DNA of 64,000 bases from Leptogorgia sarmentosa (taxonomy: Eukaryota). Numbering within the stretch: the stretch's first letter is position 1; every line of letters starts with the position of its first letter. The translations under genes were made by a program, and so were the position numbers. Where the stretch lies: positions 25,606,001 to 25,670,000 of the forward strand of contig OZ210885.1 of the NCBI GenBank assembly GCA_964658305.1, written 5' to 3'. This document shows, piece by piece, positions 12,601 through 24,360 of the stretch. A model generated the notes under the pieces. The model had not been told where the DNA came from and ran no database searches. It saw only the letters and a list, made by a program, of their open reading frames with translations.

Positions 12601-13179
12601 CGTACCACCAGTTACAACCCTCAAGGTAATGGACAGGTTGAGAAGTACAACGGTGTAGTCTGGAAGGGCATCACAATGTCTCTAAAGTCCAAGAATTTGC
12701 CAATCAAGTATTGGCAGGAAGTTCTTCCAGAGGTATTGCATTCTATTCGCTCCTTATTGTGCACTGCAACCAATGAGACCCCTCACGAGCGTTTATTTGG
12801 TTTCTCCCGAAGATCTTCATCTGGCCACTCCATTCCCACATGGCTTGCTACACCCGGTCCGGTTCTACTCAAGCGACATGTTCGTCAATCCAAGACTGAG
12901 CCCTTAGTAGGGGAAGTAGAACTACTACAAGCGAATCCCCACTACGCCCATGTACGCTACCTTGACGGCAGAGAGACCACAGTTGCAACGAAGCACCTTG
13001 CCCCTAAGGGACACGAAGGATCTCCCCAAGCATCTAAGGAAACGGCCTTACCCTTACCTGAGATCCCACCACCTACTACCACTGAGACAGAACCTCAACC
13101 GCCCGTGGCAAGTGATGTACCACAACCATTGCGACGTTCAGAGCGGGTGCGCCGCCCAGTAGACAGGCTTAACCTTTAA
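9643..13179 (+). CDS. Gag-Pol polyprotein, 1178 aa (zinc knuckles, protease, RT, RNase H, integrase)
   Basis: CLKCQKKGHFAKVC knuckle, LIDTGS protease, LPFG and YLDN RT motifs, ETDAS RNase H, HHCC and D-D-E integrase, in Gypsy domain order and uninterrupted. Confidence 0.97.
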   Translation: MDRVLRPERLDIDPNDNSAAKEWLHWERTFANFLSVLPQEDLNKLSVLANFVSPSIFQYIEDCREYDEAIQTLQALFVKPRNEIFARHVLATRRQQPTETLDEYLQALKTLSKDCNFKNVTANQYCEESIRDAFIAGLQSNLIRQRLLEHKTLDLKTMFDQARALESAMRSSESYTLPPQPINAAVPSSSQACSPSPTELPDSVGTLAAVASEGPSCFFCGNSKHPRSKCPAREAICLKCQKKGHFAKVCRGKPVQPKDKVSAAAWSPTLATVPSPTSLSKSLASVDINGLKVKALIDTGSTESFIHPSLVEKAALIVHPSSSTVSMATSLSSAKISGTCTVDLSYQERRYENLHLSVLPGLCADLILGLDFQTRHESVVFKYGGSEPPLSVCSFSTLDIDPPQPFANLMPECHPIATKSRRYSQDDSEFIDKEVTRLLAEGIIEPSHSPWRAQVVVTKDDNHKKRLAIDYSQTINRFTILDAFPLPNISEMVNKIAQYRVFSTIDLRSAYHQVPLKDEDKPYTAFEARGNLYQFTRLPFGVTNGVACFQREMVKFVEENHLKAVFPYLDNITICGKDQKDHDENLKEFLEAAKLKNICYNDEKSVFSTCRLPLLGYVIEEGNICPDPERLRPLRDLPIPHDSKSLNRCMGLFSYYSQWIPEYSDRIKPITSCKSFPLSQEAIQAFQNLKKMVEEALVGAIDESVPFEVETDASEVALAATLNQNGKPVAFFSRTLQGSELKHASVEKEAQAIIEAVRHWRHFLTGRYFTLKTDQKSVAYMFDQRHKGKIKNDKIMRWRLELSCYSFDIIYRPGKENIPPDTLSRATCSAATDEDSLYKLHVSLCHPGITRLHHFVRTKNLPYSLDDIKRVISRCSVCCECKPQYYKPERVPLIKATQPFERINVDFKGPLPSCNGNRYFLNVIDEYSRFPFVFPCPDVSTSTVIKCLTSLFSLFGMPAYVHSDRGASFMSSELQSFLAEKGVATSRTTSYNPQGNGQVEKYNGVVWKGITMSLKSKNLPIKYWQEVLPEVLHSIRSLLCTATNETPHERLFGFSRRSSSGHSIPTWLATPGPVLLKRHVRQSKTEPLVGEVELLQANPHYAHVRYLDGRETTVATKHLAPKGHEGSPQASKETALPLPEIPPPTTTETEPQPPVASDVPQPLRRSERVRRPVDRLNL

Positions 13180-13271
13180 AGGACGGAGAGAACTTTACTT
13201 TGTTAAGTTTGAACGTTCAGAGCGGGTGTGCCACCTAATAGATAGACTTAACTTTTAAAGGACGGGGAGAA

Positions 13272-13452
13272 TGTTACGATAAATTTGTATTATATTTTAG
13301 TTTGTTACATTGGGTACCCTGTGCAGGGGTCAGCGGTTATATATATATATTCGGAAATCAACAACCGCCATTTTGTTTTGTATTTTTGTATTGCATGATT
13401 CAGTGTAATAAAGCCTTAAATTACTGGCAATCGTTCATATAATTTCTCTACA
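13272..13452 (+). repeat. 3' LTR of Gypsy-1
   Basis: Copy of 9444-9624, preceded by PPT AAAGGACGGGGAGAA. Confidence 0.95.
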
Positions 13453-14279
13453 CCCCTCACCCGGATCTGGTAAGCAGCAATGAAAATATCCTAGTGTCGC
13501 CTGTTGTGCATCTCCTGCTTGTGCACCTAATTATCAATTTTTAGAAGTGGAAAACCCATAGTTTGCACAACATTAATGTCATGTGCATCATATATTAGTA
13601 GCTTACCTGATCAATTTGTGGTTGCCGTCAATATGCCAAAGTGCTAGAGGAGATGAAACTGAATAACTTCTACAATTTATCACATTCAACTCTAGTGCTC
13701 TTGTTTGCTGTACTCTGTGACCTTGAGAAGCTAGATAACCCATCATTCTTTTTTGACCAGTGTAAGGATGAGTTCTTAATACTTCCCTTACTGCTGCTAT
13801 TTGCCTAACAGTAAACCGTCTTTCCACAAGAAAGTTCAACTGTTCATAAGGTATATTAATCCTTGGTCTGCCTAGACTGCCTGTAAAGATAACTTCTGGG
13901 CCAACATTTATACCTTCTGAGCTCGATTAATCAAAGCTTCGGTAAGAAGATCGATAACTTTGACAATCAACAAACCCACACTGGTAGTATCTTGAAACGA
14001 CAGTGAATAGCCATTCTAGTCTAAATAAAACACTTTCCTGACATTCAGATTCTTCACCGCGAGCTTCGAGTTGATGCAGAATGTTTAAAAGACAACATCT
14101 AATGCGATTTCTTACGAACAGCCTTTCCTGCAAATTCTCCTCGATTTGGGTACAAATTCGCGACAGTATTTCATCATTTCTGGGGTTTTTTGCAAAATTT
14201 GCGGGAGTGCTTCCACACAAAAAAATTAATTTTCTTCTATGTACTAAAAATGTGTTACTGAGCGTCATGAACTGTATGA

Positions 14280-14490
14280 CTAAGCACACATAATACGAAA
14301 CGGCATAATGAAATCTCAACTGGCATAATGAAATATCAACTGGCATAATGAAATATAAACTGACATAATCAAATATCAAGTTACACAATAAAATACCAAC
14401 TGGCATAATGAAATAATATCAACTGACACAATAAAAAGCCAAATGACATAAGGAAATGTCAAACGGTAAAATATAATGCGACGCTGCACA
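14280..14490. repeat. Tandem ~20-bp subterminal repeats, probable end of the first IS3EU-like element
   Basis: Repeated AACTGGCATAATGAAAT units just upstream of the transposase, resembling the subterminal arrays of the element at 24451-30174. Confidence 0.6.
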
Positions 14491-14559
14491 TCAGAATAGC
14501 AAACAGTTAAATATACTGTAAATTTGAATTTTGGCAGAAATCACCCCTCATACATGAGA

Positions 14560-15480
14560 GCCTCTGCCACGAACCTGAAAAGCCCCTCTAGAACCTCTTG
14601 AAGGATAAGGACTGTAACGTTGGGCACGTCCGCGATATGGAGTGAAACTCCGACACACTTTGAGCTTATTCAACTCATTGATCTCCTTCACACGCTTAGC
14701 AGTGTTACCACCACATAAAATTCATCTGCAGAACTTGTGGAACTACATAAACCTTTAGGGAACTCTGGTTTAAACTGACGGCGCATAGCCTCTTGTCGAC
14801 GCAAATTTAAGTCAAAATTTGCTGTCATGGCTAAAGTGATGCCATCAAGACATGTAGTCAGCACAGCTTTATCGGCATTAGTAGCTAAAAGGGTGTTTCC
14901 ACCTCCAGTTGACAATTTATCGAACTCAAGAGAAGAGTCTGAACAGTTTGGAATTTAACGTCAGTAACTCTAGCTTTGCCCGGAATTTCATTCCATATGC
15001 TTTGTTCACACTTGGGCAAACGCACTTCAACATTTTCTGGTCTATAATGATGTTTCATAATAGACTTTGACTGCTCCTGAGTAATTCTTTGTAATTGTAA
15101 TTTATTAATAATACTAGCAATTTTCCCATTAATTTTGGGGCCATTGACCTCATCGTCAAGCTCCAAGTTGGCTCGCATATTGCAAAACATCATCATCATG
15201 CTCATCTGTTAAATATCTGCTAAAATATTAATGTTCTGTGGGTTGTCATCAAATTCATCAAACTCATTGACTTCATCAGGCTCAAACTGTTGGGTAAATT
15301 GTTGAAAATTATTATTCAAGCGATCAAGACTCACCAAAATAGCTTGACTCGTCGAACCCTGTTCAATGTTTCCATGATGTCCATTATCTTCCCGAAATGA
15401 AGTGAGATTGTGCGCTGGCTGATCTGCTGGCTGTGTTTGATCTTGTGTGCTCGCACTGGAGTCACCAGCCTTGGACATGT
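14560..15480 (-). pseudogene. DIRS-type retrotransposon gag-like remnant
   Basis: RPENVEVRLPKCEQSIW...DVKFQTVQTLLL...LNLRRQEAMR resembles DIRS ORF1; contains frameshifts. Confidence 0.6.
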
Positions 15481-15624
15481 TCTATAGTTACAAATAAAGC
15501 ACAACTCCTATAAAACATTCACTTATACCACCAGTCGTTAACCAGTAATGGACAACGTCTGTCAGACCGAAGGCATGTCCAGACAATATTTGCACTTATC
15601 CCTGCACACAAGATAGTTACTTAC

Positions 15625-18600
15625 TGTAATAATACCGAATACAAGATGGCGGTATAACATGTTTATTGCAAATCCCAGCCCTCTTATTTATACTATTTGC
15701 AATTACAGCACAGGTAACCCAAACATATATTGTTACACCTCCTTTCTAAGTCTAATAACATTACAGTATTAAAGTTCTAAATATAAAAATTGTCCATACA
15801 TGTCAATATAAGCTACTACTAAATTTTTTTTTGTTTTTTTTTAAATAATAATCTAAAGAAAGTCAAGACATATACCTGGCAGGTCTTCTAATGACTCTGC
15901 CACTAACTTTACTTACAACTGGTGATTTCACTAACGTCACATTAGTTTCTTCTTGTATACTGTTGCCACTTGTTTCAATTTCATTGTCACCACATACTCC
16001 CACGGTATCATACTCACTATAAACAGGTTCATCCATATCCATTGTACTGGTCTTCTCTGGACTTGAACGAATTTCTTCTGAAGTCTTTAGTAGATGTTTT
16101 CTATTCCTCCGGTATTCTTTGTTATTTGCGGTCACCACAAAGGATCTAGGTTCTCCTCGTTTAGATTCTCCCACTAACCTGGCTTGTTCCCAGGTGTTTC
16201 CGCATCTCATCCTCACTGTATCTCCTTCCTGTAGCGGTGTTAAAGTTTTACTTCCTCGATCAAAGTATTTCTTCTGTTTGTTCTGCTTTTCTGTCAACAA
16301 TTGTTGAACCCTTTCTACATCATATGCCATAGGCTTTAACAAGGACTGCTTTATAGGTATAAGTGTTTTAGTACAACGGCCCATTAATAGTTGCATCGGT
16401 GACAAACCAACCCCCTGTATTGGAGTATTTCGCAATTCCAAAATTGCTAAATGAGGATCGCTACCATCATCACAAGCTTTCTTCAGCAACTTCTTTGGTG
16501 TCTGTATAGTTCTCTCAACAAACCCATTACTTTGTGGAAAAGTTGGTGATGATGTGACATGCTGAAAAACTCTTTACTGGCAAACTCCGGACCATTATCC
16601 GTATAAAGAATCTCTGGAAGTCCATATCTGGTCAGGTGTTGTTTAAGAATGTTCACTACCGTATTACTTGTACTGTCTGCAACTCTAGTTAATTCAAAGT
16701 ATTTTGAATAATAGTCCACGAGAACTAAATATTTGTCTTTACCTAGTACAAACATGTCAGCAGCCAAAATCTGCCAAGGCCGGTCAGGCACTTGATGCGG
16801 CATTAATGGCTCTTTTACTTGCTTATTTCTATGCCGATTACAAACTTGACATTTGGCGACTCTATCTTGAATTTGCTTCGTAATACCTGGCCAAAATAGA
16901 CAATCCCTTGCCCGATTAAGACATTTCTCCATTCCCAAGTGACTACTATGTATCCTGTCTACCATTTCTGGATGAAGAGCAGATGGTGTAATTAGGCGAT
17001 CACCTTTTAACAAGTGTCCATCACAGATACATAATTCATCACTGAAATTCCAATATTCTTGTATGTCTGGATCTATTTCCGATATTTTATCTGGCCAGCC
17101 TAACAACACTGTTTCTGTAAGTTTTGCCATAATGGGATCTCGATCTAGTTCCCTCTTAAACTCTTCTGCTTTTTCTTGGGATATTGGTACCATTAAATGA
17201 ACTTCGAATTCTTCCTTATCATCTATACACTTCGGTGAACTGTTCTGACTAGCATGACTAAGAGTATTGGCAATATACAAGGTTTCACCTGGTACCTATT
17301 TTACCTTCAAATCATATTGCTGTACTTTAAGCATCATTCTCTGTATACGTTGTGGTGCTTTACAAAGTGCCTTTTTAAACAAACTTTCCAGAGGCTTATG
17401 ATCTGTCTCTACTGTCACAGTGTTTCCATAAATATATTGATGGAACTTGGTGGCACCGAAAACAATTGCAAGCATCTCCTTTTCTATTTGGGCATAGTTA
17501 CATTCTGCCCGATTTAGAGCTCGTGATGCATAAGCTACCGGTTGACTTCCTTGTAACAAACAAGCTCCCAAACCTTCAGAAGATGCATCTACTGAAATTG
17601 TAATGTCAGAATCAAGGTCAAAATACTTCAACACAGGTGATTGAGCAATCAACGAAATCAGAATATCATATGCTTCTTGCTGTTTCTCCATCCAGTGCCA
17701 TGCCACTGAACACTCCATCAACTCTCTAAGTGGTCTACTTATATCTGCTAAGTTTGGTATAAACTTATTCAAATAGTTAACCATTCCCAAAAATCTTTGT
17801 AGACTCTTACGATCCTGAGGTACTGGCATATCTATGGTAGCTTGAACTCTGTCTGGATTTGGTTTCAGACCATCACTCCCAAATATATGTCCAACATATC
17901 TCACTTCCTTCTTGTTAAATTTACACTTCTCCCTGTTAAACCTTAAATCTACTTCAGCTGCTCTTTCAATTACTTTCTTTAATTTTTCATTATGCTCTGT
18001 CTCATCCTTACTCTCATCCTTGTCACATCCCTCAATATCTTCAAAAGTCTGTGCCAGATTTCTTTGGAAAACCTCTGGTGCCGATACTATTCCAAATGGC
18101 AATCTTTCAAATTTATGCCTTCCGAAAGGGGTATTAAAAGTCGTCAACCATGTGCTTTCTTCTGTCAGCTTTATTTGATAAAACCCAGACGTGGCATCCA
18201 ATGTGCTAAATATGTTTGCATTCCCCAGGCTAGCTGCTACCTCTTCCACAGTTTTTAACGGATAATGCTCTTGTCGAACCAGTTTGTTCAAATCCACTGG
18301 ATCCAGGCAAATTCGTACATCGCCATTTGGTTTCTTTACCACCACCATTGGATTAACCCATTTTGTGGGCTGTTCAACTTTTGTTATAATGCCCCTTTCT
18401 TCCATTCTATTCAACTCATCCTTTACTTTATCCTTTAACAGATGTGGAATTCGTCTTGGTGGATGAATTGTTGGACAGGCATGTTCCTCGAATTTAATTT
18501 CATATTCTCCTGGCAGAGTACCAATTCCTTCAAATAAATTTTCAAATTTCTCCAAAATTTCTTCAGTACTTTGGTCATTATTTGATGCAATGTTATGAAC

Positions 18601-20241
18601 TCTCTTAATTAAATTCAACTCAATACAAGATGGCAGTATAACATGTTTATTGCAAATCCCAGCCCTCTTATTTATACTATTTACAATTACAGCACAGGTA
18701 ACCCAAACATATATTGTTACACTTACCATGCTCAGCGTAAATTTTCAAAAAACAATCTTGAATCTACTACTGAAATGCTACTTGACAATCCTAATACTGG
18801 TATAACATCCGAGTTTACGACATGTACATCAAGCAAGTAATACTTGTCCTTGCATTCAACTGCAATTGTGGCTTAATAACATGTTTATTGCAAATCCCAG
18901 CCCTCTTATTTATACTATTTACAATTACAGCACAGGTAACCCAAACATATATTGTTACACTTACCATGCTCAGCATAAATTTTCAAAAAACAATCTTGAA
19001 TCTACTACTGAAATGCTACTTGACAATCCTAATACTGGTATAACATCCGAGTATACGACATGTACATCAAGCAAGTAATACTTGTCCTTGCATTCAACTG
19101 CAATTGTGGCTTTGCCTACTGCCTTAATCTCATGCCCTGAATATGAAATCAATTTAGCTCCAGTTTTATGATTGTATTCAATTCCAACTTTTCGACACAG
19201 GCTCACTGGCACAACATTACACTGGGCCCCTGTATCAATCTTGAATGAGATGTTATGCTCGTTTACTTTCAACTTTACACACCAGTCGTCCTGCTTCGCT
19301 TCCTCTGATTTAACTGTTCCAATAAAAAAATGTTGGTCTTGTTCTTCATCCGTCTTATCAATAAAATTTACCTCTTTTGCTTTACACATACTGGCAAAAT
19401 GATGCAACTTTTTGCATCTATTGCAGTTCTTACCATATGTTGGGCAACGACCTTTCCTATGTCGATAACCACAGTAGTTATAAATATTATCACCAGTTTT
19501 ATCCCTTTTCTCTTCTCTCTTTTCCTTACCTATATTGCTTTGACCCGCCTTATCTTCAACCCGCACTGCATGCACAGACTTTTCATCAGTTAGTTCCTTC
19601 AATTGGAAGGCACTTATTTCAGATGCTCTACAAATATCTACACATTTCTCCAAGCTTAAATCAGATTCCCTAATTAATGATCCCGCATACAATTCGATCA
19701 CGAATTAATCCATCTTTAAGATCAGCAAACTCACATCTAGAGGCTCTATTTCTTAGTTCAGTAACGTATGTATCTATTGTCTCACCTTCCTGTTGGTTTC
19801 TTGTAAAAAACGAATGTCTATCAAATGTTAAATTTTTTCTTGGATTACAATATCTTTCAAATTTCTCCATTATTTTATCAACTTTGACATCATCTCCTTC
19901 TGTGTCCCACTGGAATGTATTATACACCTCCAAGGCTTCAAAACCAGCCACATGTAGCAACGCCATTGCTTGAACTTTTCCGTCTTTTCCATCCAGACTT
20001 GATGCTATCCGATATATTTCAAACTGCTGCTTGAACCTCCTCCAATTCTCAGCCAAATTTCCTGTTAATATCAAAGACTTCGGAGGATCTAACTTATCCA
20101 TATCTAGTTTAATTTACTCCTGACACCATGTAATAATACCGAATACAAGATGGCGGTATAACATGTTTATTGCAAATCCCAGCCCTCTTATTTATACTAT
20201 TTACAATTACAGCACAGGTAACCCAAACATATATTGTTACA
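15625..20241 (-). mobile_element. Gypsy LTR retrotransposon (Gypsy-2), full-length but decayed and internally rearranged
   Basis: 113-bp LTRs at 15625-15737 and 20129-20241; TSD CTTAC; PBS TGGTGTCAGGAGT (tRNA-Leu-like); PPT AGAAAGGAGG. Confidence 0.95.
15863..20101 (-). pseudogene. Gag-Pol of Gypsy-2 with frameshifts, stops and deletions
   Basis: Gag MDKLDPPK, protease KIDTGA, RT LPFG with the YxDD region deleted, RNase H VDAS, integrase TDNGP. Confidence 0.9.
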
Positions 20242-20846
20242 CTTACCATGCTCAGCGTAAATTTTCAAAAAACAATCTTGAAATCTCTTTAAGGACCACA
20301 CCTGTAGAAAGACACATCTGCTCCACACAGATTCGCATGGTTCAATGATGACACATTACTCCGGATGAGCCTGCGTTCGTTCTTCATGTCAGTACGCCGG
20401 TTACGATTTATGGGATAGAATGATAGATCCATCAAATAAAGAAGTTGTGAGGGTGGAGAAATCCTCGCGTCACACTGCGAAGAGTATAAAGCTAATTTAA
20501 GCCTTGAAGACAAGGTTGAACATAGCGAAGTATTGCGAGAATATAGCAATGTCAACAAAGGTAGAGAAGAGCTTGATAAAAGAGTTGATGTATGGTTAGC
20601 GAGCGTGGAAAGGAACATAAATACAGATCAATTTGAAATGGCAGCCGAACATTGTCGATGTCCCAGTTGAAAGAACACAAGCGACTATCGTGATGTAGCA
20701 CAGATTATTATGTACCTTCATCCGAACGCAGAGAGAGTAAACAATTTGATACAGGACGGCAGATTTCGATTCTCAATGAAACTAATCCTGAACATCTGCA
20801 TGGAGACAGCAAAGGAGAAAATTGTATTCCTAACAGCGCAGAACAG

Positions 20847-21165
20847 TTGCCTCGAGAACGGCAAGGTCAAAGGGAATCATTAATTCTTATGGCTGAAACA
20901 ATTGGTACATCGATCAGAAAGGGTTTTGAGATGCCGAAGTGCGACTGCTTAACATTTAATGGGAATCCCATAAACTATCCCAGATTCATTGAGAACTTCA
21001 GGACCAATATCGAAGAAAGAGAACCAAGTTTGATAGTTAGATTGGCCTATCTTATTCAGTTCTGTACTGGTACAGCAAAGGAAGCGATTAGTAATTGTGT
21101 CATACTGCCGGAGAAAGAAGGATATCAAAAGGCAAAGGAAATACTTCACAGTCTATTTGGTCAAC
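20847..21165 (+). pseudogene. BEL/Pao gag fragment
   Basis: FNGNPINYPRFIENF...RLAYLIQFCTGTAKEAISNC...GYQKAKEILHSLFGQ. Confidence 0.8.
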
Positions 21166-21330
21166 AGAGGCCAGATCAGGACGTGTCGCATAAGTCAAAC
21201 ATCCTATGTACTCCTGAATGTTCACAGGATCTTCGTCACCAGATAACTCATAGAACTTCTTGCCTGATTCCATTGGTGTGGAAACCGGTTTACAGTGTTC
21301 CATATTGAATCTTTTCCAAAATCCAACTTA
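21165..21330 (-). pseudogene. Copia RT fragment
   Basis: MEHCKPVSTPME...IGCLTYATRPDLA. Confidence 0.75.
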
Positions 21331-21596
21331 TAAATTATTGCAAATTTATTCTATTTTGCACAATAATGTACCTTTTCGACACTGACTATGTACTATATTC
21401 ATTATAATCAACACTATACCCGCCTAGATTAGTTTAAGTATTTGCGTGTTAGTGAAGTGTGAAATTTTTTAACTTGTGTAATAAAAACCTTACCTATACA
21501 ACTCACTATGCATATAATTCTTTTAGGAATAAACTACTAACATGCTTGACCGAATCCTACAGATATATTAATACATGTAAGCTCCTCAATTACTCT

Positions 21597-22225
21597 CAGT
21601 GCTCTCACTTTTAAGGAATTTAGGTTTTTGAGGAACTTTTTAAGGAATATCCGAAACATTTTGTCCTGGACTGAAACATTGGACGGAGGATAACCAAGCT
21701 CAGCAAATGAGATTTAAACTTAAAGTAGCAACACACATAAGTGACATAATTACATATATTCGTTCTGTATGTACATACGGTACATATGCTACATATGGCT
21801 GTCTTTTAATTAAAATTCTCAAATTCTTTGTCAGCATATGCTGTTTCTTTTCGAATCTGTTCATGCAGCAAATATTAAAAAAACGAAACAAAACTAAACA
21901 ATTCACTTAGCTTGCTGTCCAAAACACCCATATGCAATATATAGAAACATATACAAAAATCCAAACATGGGCTTTCTAGCTTGATAGTTCTTGCATTATA
22001 AGTTCATGTAATTCGTTGTCAATAGCGTTGCTTTTAACAGCTTTCAAATGCCGCAAAATTTCCACATTCATGCTAAGGTTATGAGCAGGACAAGAGTCCA
22101 CTCTTAGACCTTCCTTAGTGTGGATAACACCGACCAAACTTTCCCGCTTCAACGAGTTTCTAGTGTCAGTTTTGACAAGTTTCAAGACACTAAACAACCT
22201 TTCCACTGTAGCATTTGATGCAGGT
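21597..22225 (-). mobile_element. hAT 3' remnant (dimerisation domain and possible terminus)
   Basis: SNATVERLFSVLKLVKTDTRNSL; candidate CAGTG terminus at 21597. Confidence 0.6.
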
Positions 22226-22229
22226 ATTG

Positions 22230-22350
22230 TTTCAGTTCTTTATGTGAACAGAACAAGTTAGTGTTGTCTGCAAATAAATGAAAACCAAAAGCTTCGGTGC
22301 AATTACAAAAATGATTTATATATAACAAAAATAATAACAGACCAAAAATT
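22230..22350 (-). pseudogene. LINE RT fragment
   Basis: GLLLFLLYIN...FHLFADNTNLF. Confidence 0.6.
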
Positions 22351-23379
22351 GTTAGTACAGTGTATATTGAGTGTGTCAGTTCAGAACATGGTGGCATTCC
22401 ACCAGAGACGTAGCCCCCCTGGCGAAATTCTCAACCCCCTCTGGTAAAATTCTGACTAACAAAATATTTTCATTATTTTCTCATGCTATACGTCATGCAA
22501 ATATTATATTTGTTAGATGTTTTGAGATTTGGGCATATTTCAGCATTGCTTCAATGACAATGATTTGAGGCTTATATGTATTGATCAGTTATCCCCGAGC
22601 CACAACGCGTGGCTATTTACACCTGGGTAAAGCGGAGTTGAAAGTCAGTCATTTTGCCACCATTTTGGGGTATTTTTGTAAGGGTGGTCATCACTGATCT
22701 CAAAAATATGGCAGACTGTCATGAAGGGCGAACACTAAAGGCTTTACAAAAGTGGAAAACAAAGACAAAGACTATTGCTGCAAGACTATAAAAGACTCCT
22801 GAGAAGACATTAATGACTTTAAATCCACGAGAAGCGACAATGGATTGAAATAGTGTATGTATTGCTTGCATATAAAATTCTCGCGTATTTATATGAATGG
22901 CTGGCTTAACCGCATTCAATCTGTTTACAGTTTAATTTAAGAAATTCTACCTTGTGTAAATGTAAGACTGCCTCAATTTAGTATTTCAACATATTTTAGA
23001 ACGAATTTTAGATGGAAAAGAATATGAGCCAATATTGGCTTGAAGTAGTTTTATTTTAAAGACGAAACTTGTATGAAATTAATACAATGCCTGGGTACTT
23101 CATGTTGTTAGAATATAGGTGCATTGAGTTGAATGTAGTCTGATACGTTTGTAAGACGACTGAGGGGTTGCTGCATGTGTGTATTTCTAGTATAGATAGA
23201 TCAGTGGCTACAATATTACGAATTCTTCCCTTGATTTCCGAACAGTGACCGAAGTGCAAACATGTGCAAAATGTAAATATCAAATTTGGCGGACGATTTG
23301 TAAATTTGCTCAATACTTCTATTTGGCATTTGCATTTCGATTCGACATGTTAAACTGGATCATCGTCAGCATCTCAGTC

Positions 23380-24360
23380 TCAGCATTATCAAGACCTTTG
23401 CTTAACAGTTACCCGAAAAAGAGGCAAGGGAGTCGAGAAAGATGTTTTCGCCCCACTTGGTATGACTCATTTTCATGGCTAGAATATTCTGAGAATATTG
23501 ACGTGTGTCTTTGCTATCCATGCAGAATTTTCGCCAAAGACGCCGCAGTTAAAGAGAAAACCTTCATTAAAGCCGGATTCTCAAATTGGAAAACTGCGTT
23601 GCAAACTGATAGAGGATTTAACAAACATCAGAAGTCGGACATACATATTTGAGCAATGGCTAGTTGGAAGGAGAGGGAATATCAAGAGTCGGGGTCAAAC
23701 GGTGCGAAACCTTATCCAACTAAACCCAGAACACAAAATATGGTTAAAAACTGTTTTTAAGACAACAAAATATCTGGTCGCTAACGGAATGTCATTCTGT
23801 GGAGATTTATGGAGAAGACAGATTTCAACAACCAAGTTTCTGGCAGGCTATATCTAAATAACTTTACTGACCTTCTCTTCACCCAAAATCTCAATTTGGA
23901 AGAGATAGCAAAGCAATTGCCGCAAAACGCGAAGTACACCTCACCGAAGATGCAAAATGAAGTTATAGAGACCTTGTCAGAGATTGTCAGTGAAACGGTG
24001 GCTAATGAATGTAAGAAAGCTAGACTAGTTTGATGATGGATGGAACTACTGACCACAATAACAGCTACAGTACTTTAACATATCCAAATACTATTTAGTA
24101 CTATTCACTACTAAGTATATTTTAGTTAACTTAATCCACATAACAATATATTTTTATTCATAAATTTAGGGAAATGGAAGGTATTACACTTAGATACTGG
24201 AATGATAGCTGTGGAGGAGTTCTGGAGCACATAATAGACTACAAAATGGCAGAAGATAGGAGTGCCAAAGGTCTTTTAAGTTTAGCTCTATTAACTCTTG
24301 AAAGATGGGATAGTATCTAACACATTTGATGGGGCAAGTGTTATGTCTGGTCAAAAAGAT
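23380..24360 (+). pseudogene. hAT transposase fragments (TTF zinc finger, ZMYM1-like)
   Basis: RCFRPTWYDSFSWLEYS...CYPCRIF, NAKYTSPKMQNEVI, TFDGASVMSG; many frameshifts. Confidence 0.8.

Larger units (their letters stand above)
9444..13452 (+). mobile_element. Full-length Gypsy/Ty3 LTR retrotransposon (Gypsy-1), young
   Basis: 181-bp TG...CA LTRs that look identical by eye; 5-bp TSD CCCCT (9439-9443, 13453-13457); PPT before the 3' LTR. Confidence 0.97.
9100..14200 (-). pseudogene. IS3EU-like DDE transposase, decayed; its intron holds Gypsy-1
   Basis: Upstream part: HTH region and SPLALWHIDGNHKLIR followed by GTAAG (about 13607). Downstream part: [26 protein letters not shown] and a frameshifted NQRIERLW (9385-9100). 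Confidence 0.85.

Noticed and set aside
9630..13162. Many short antisense or alternate-frame ORFs over Gypsy-1 pol
   Set aside because: Expected shadow ORFs of a long coding region.
18620..18760. Nested solo-LTR insertion
   Set aside because: The LTR is incomplete, has no TSD and carries flank from the outer LTR, so it is a templated copy.
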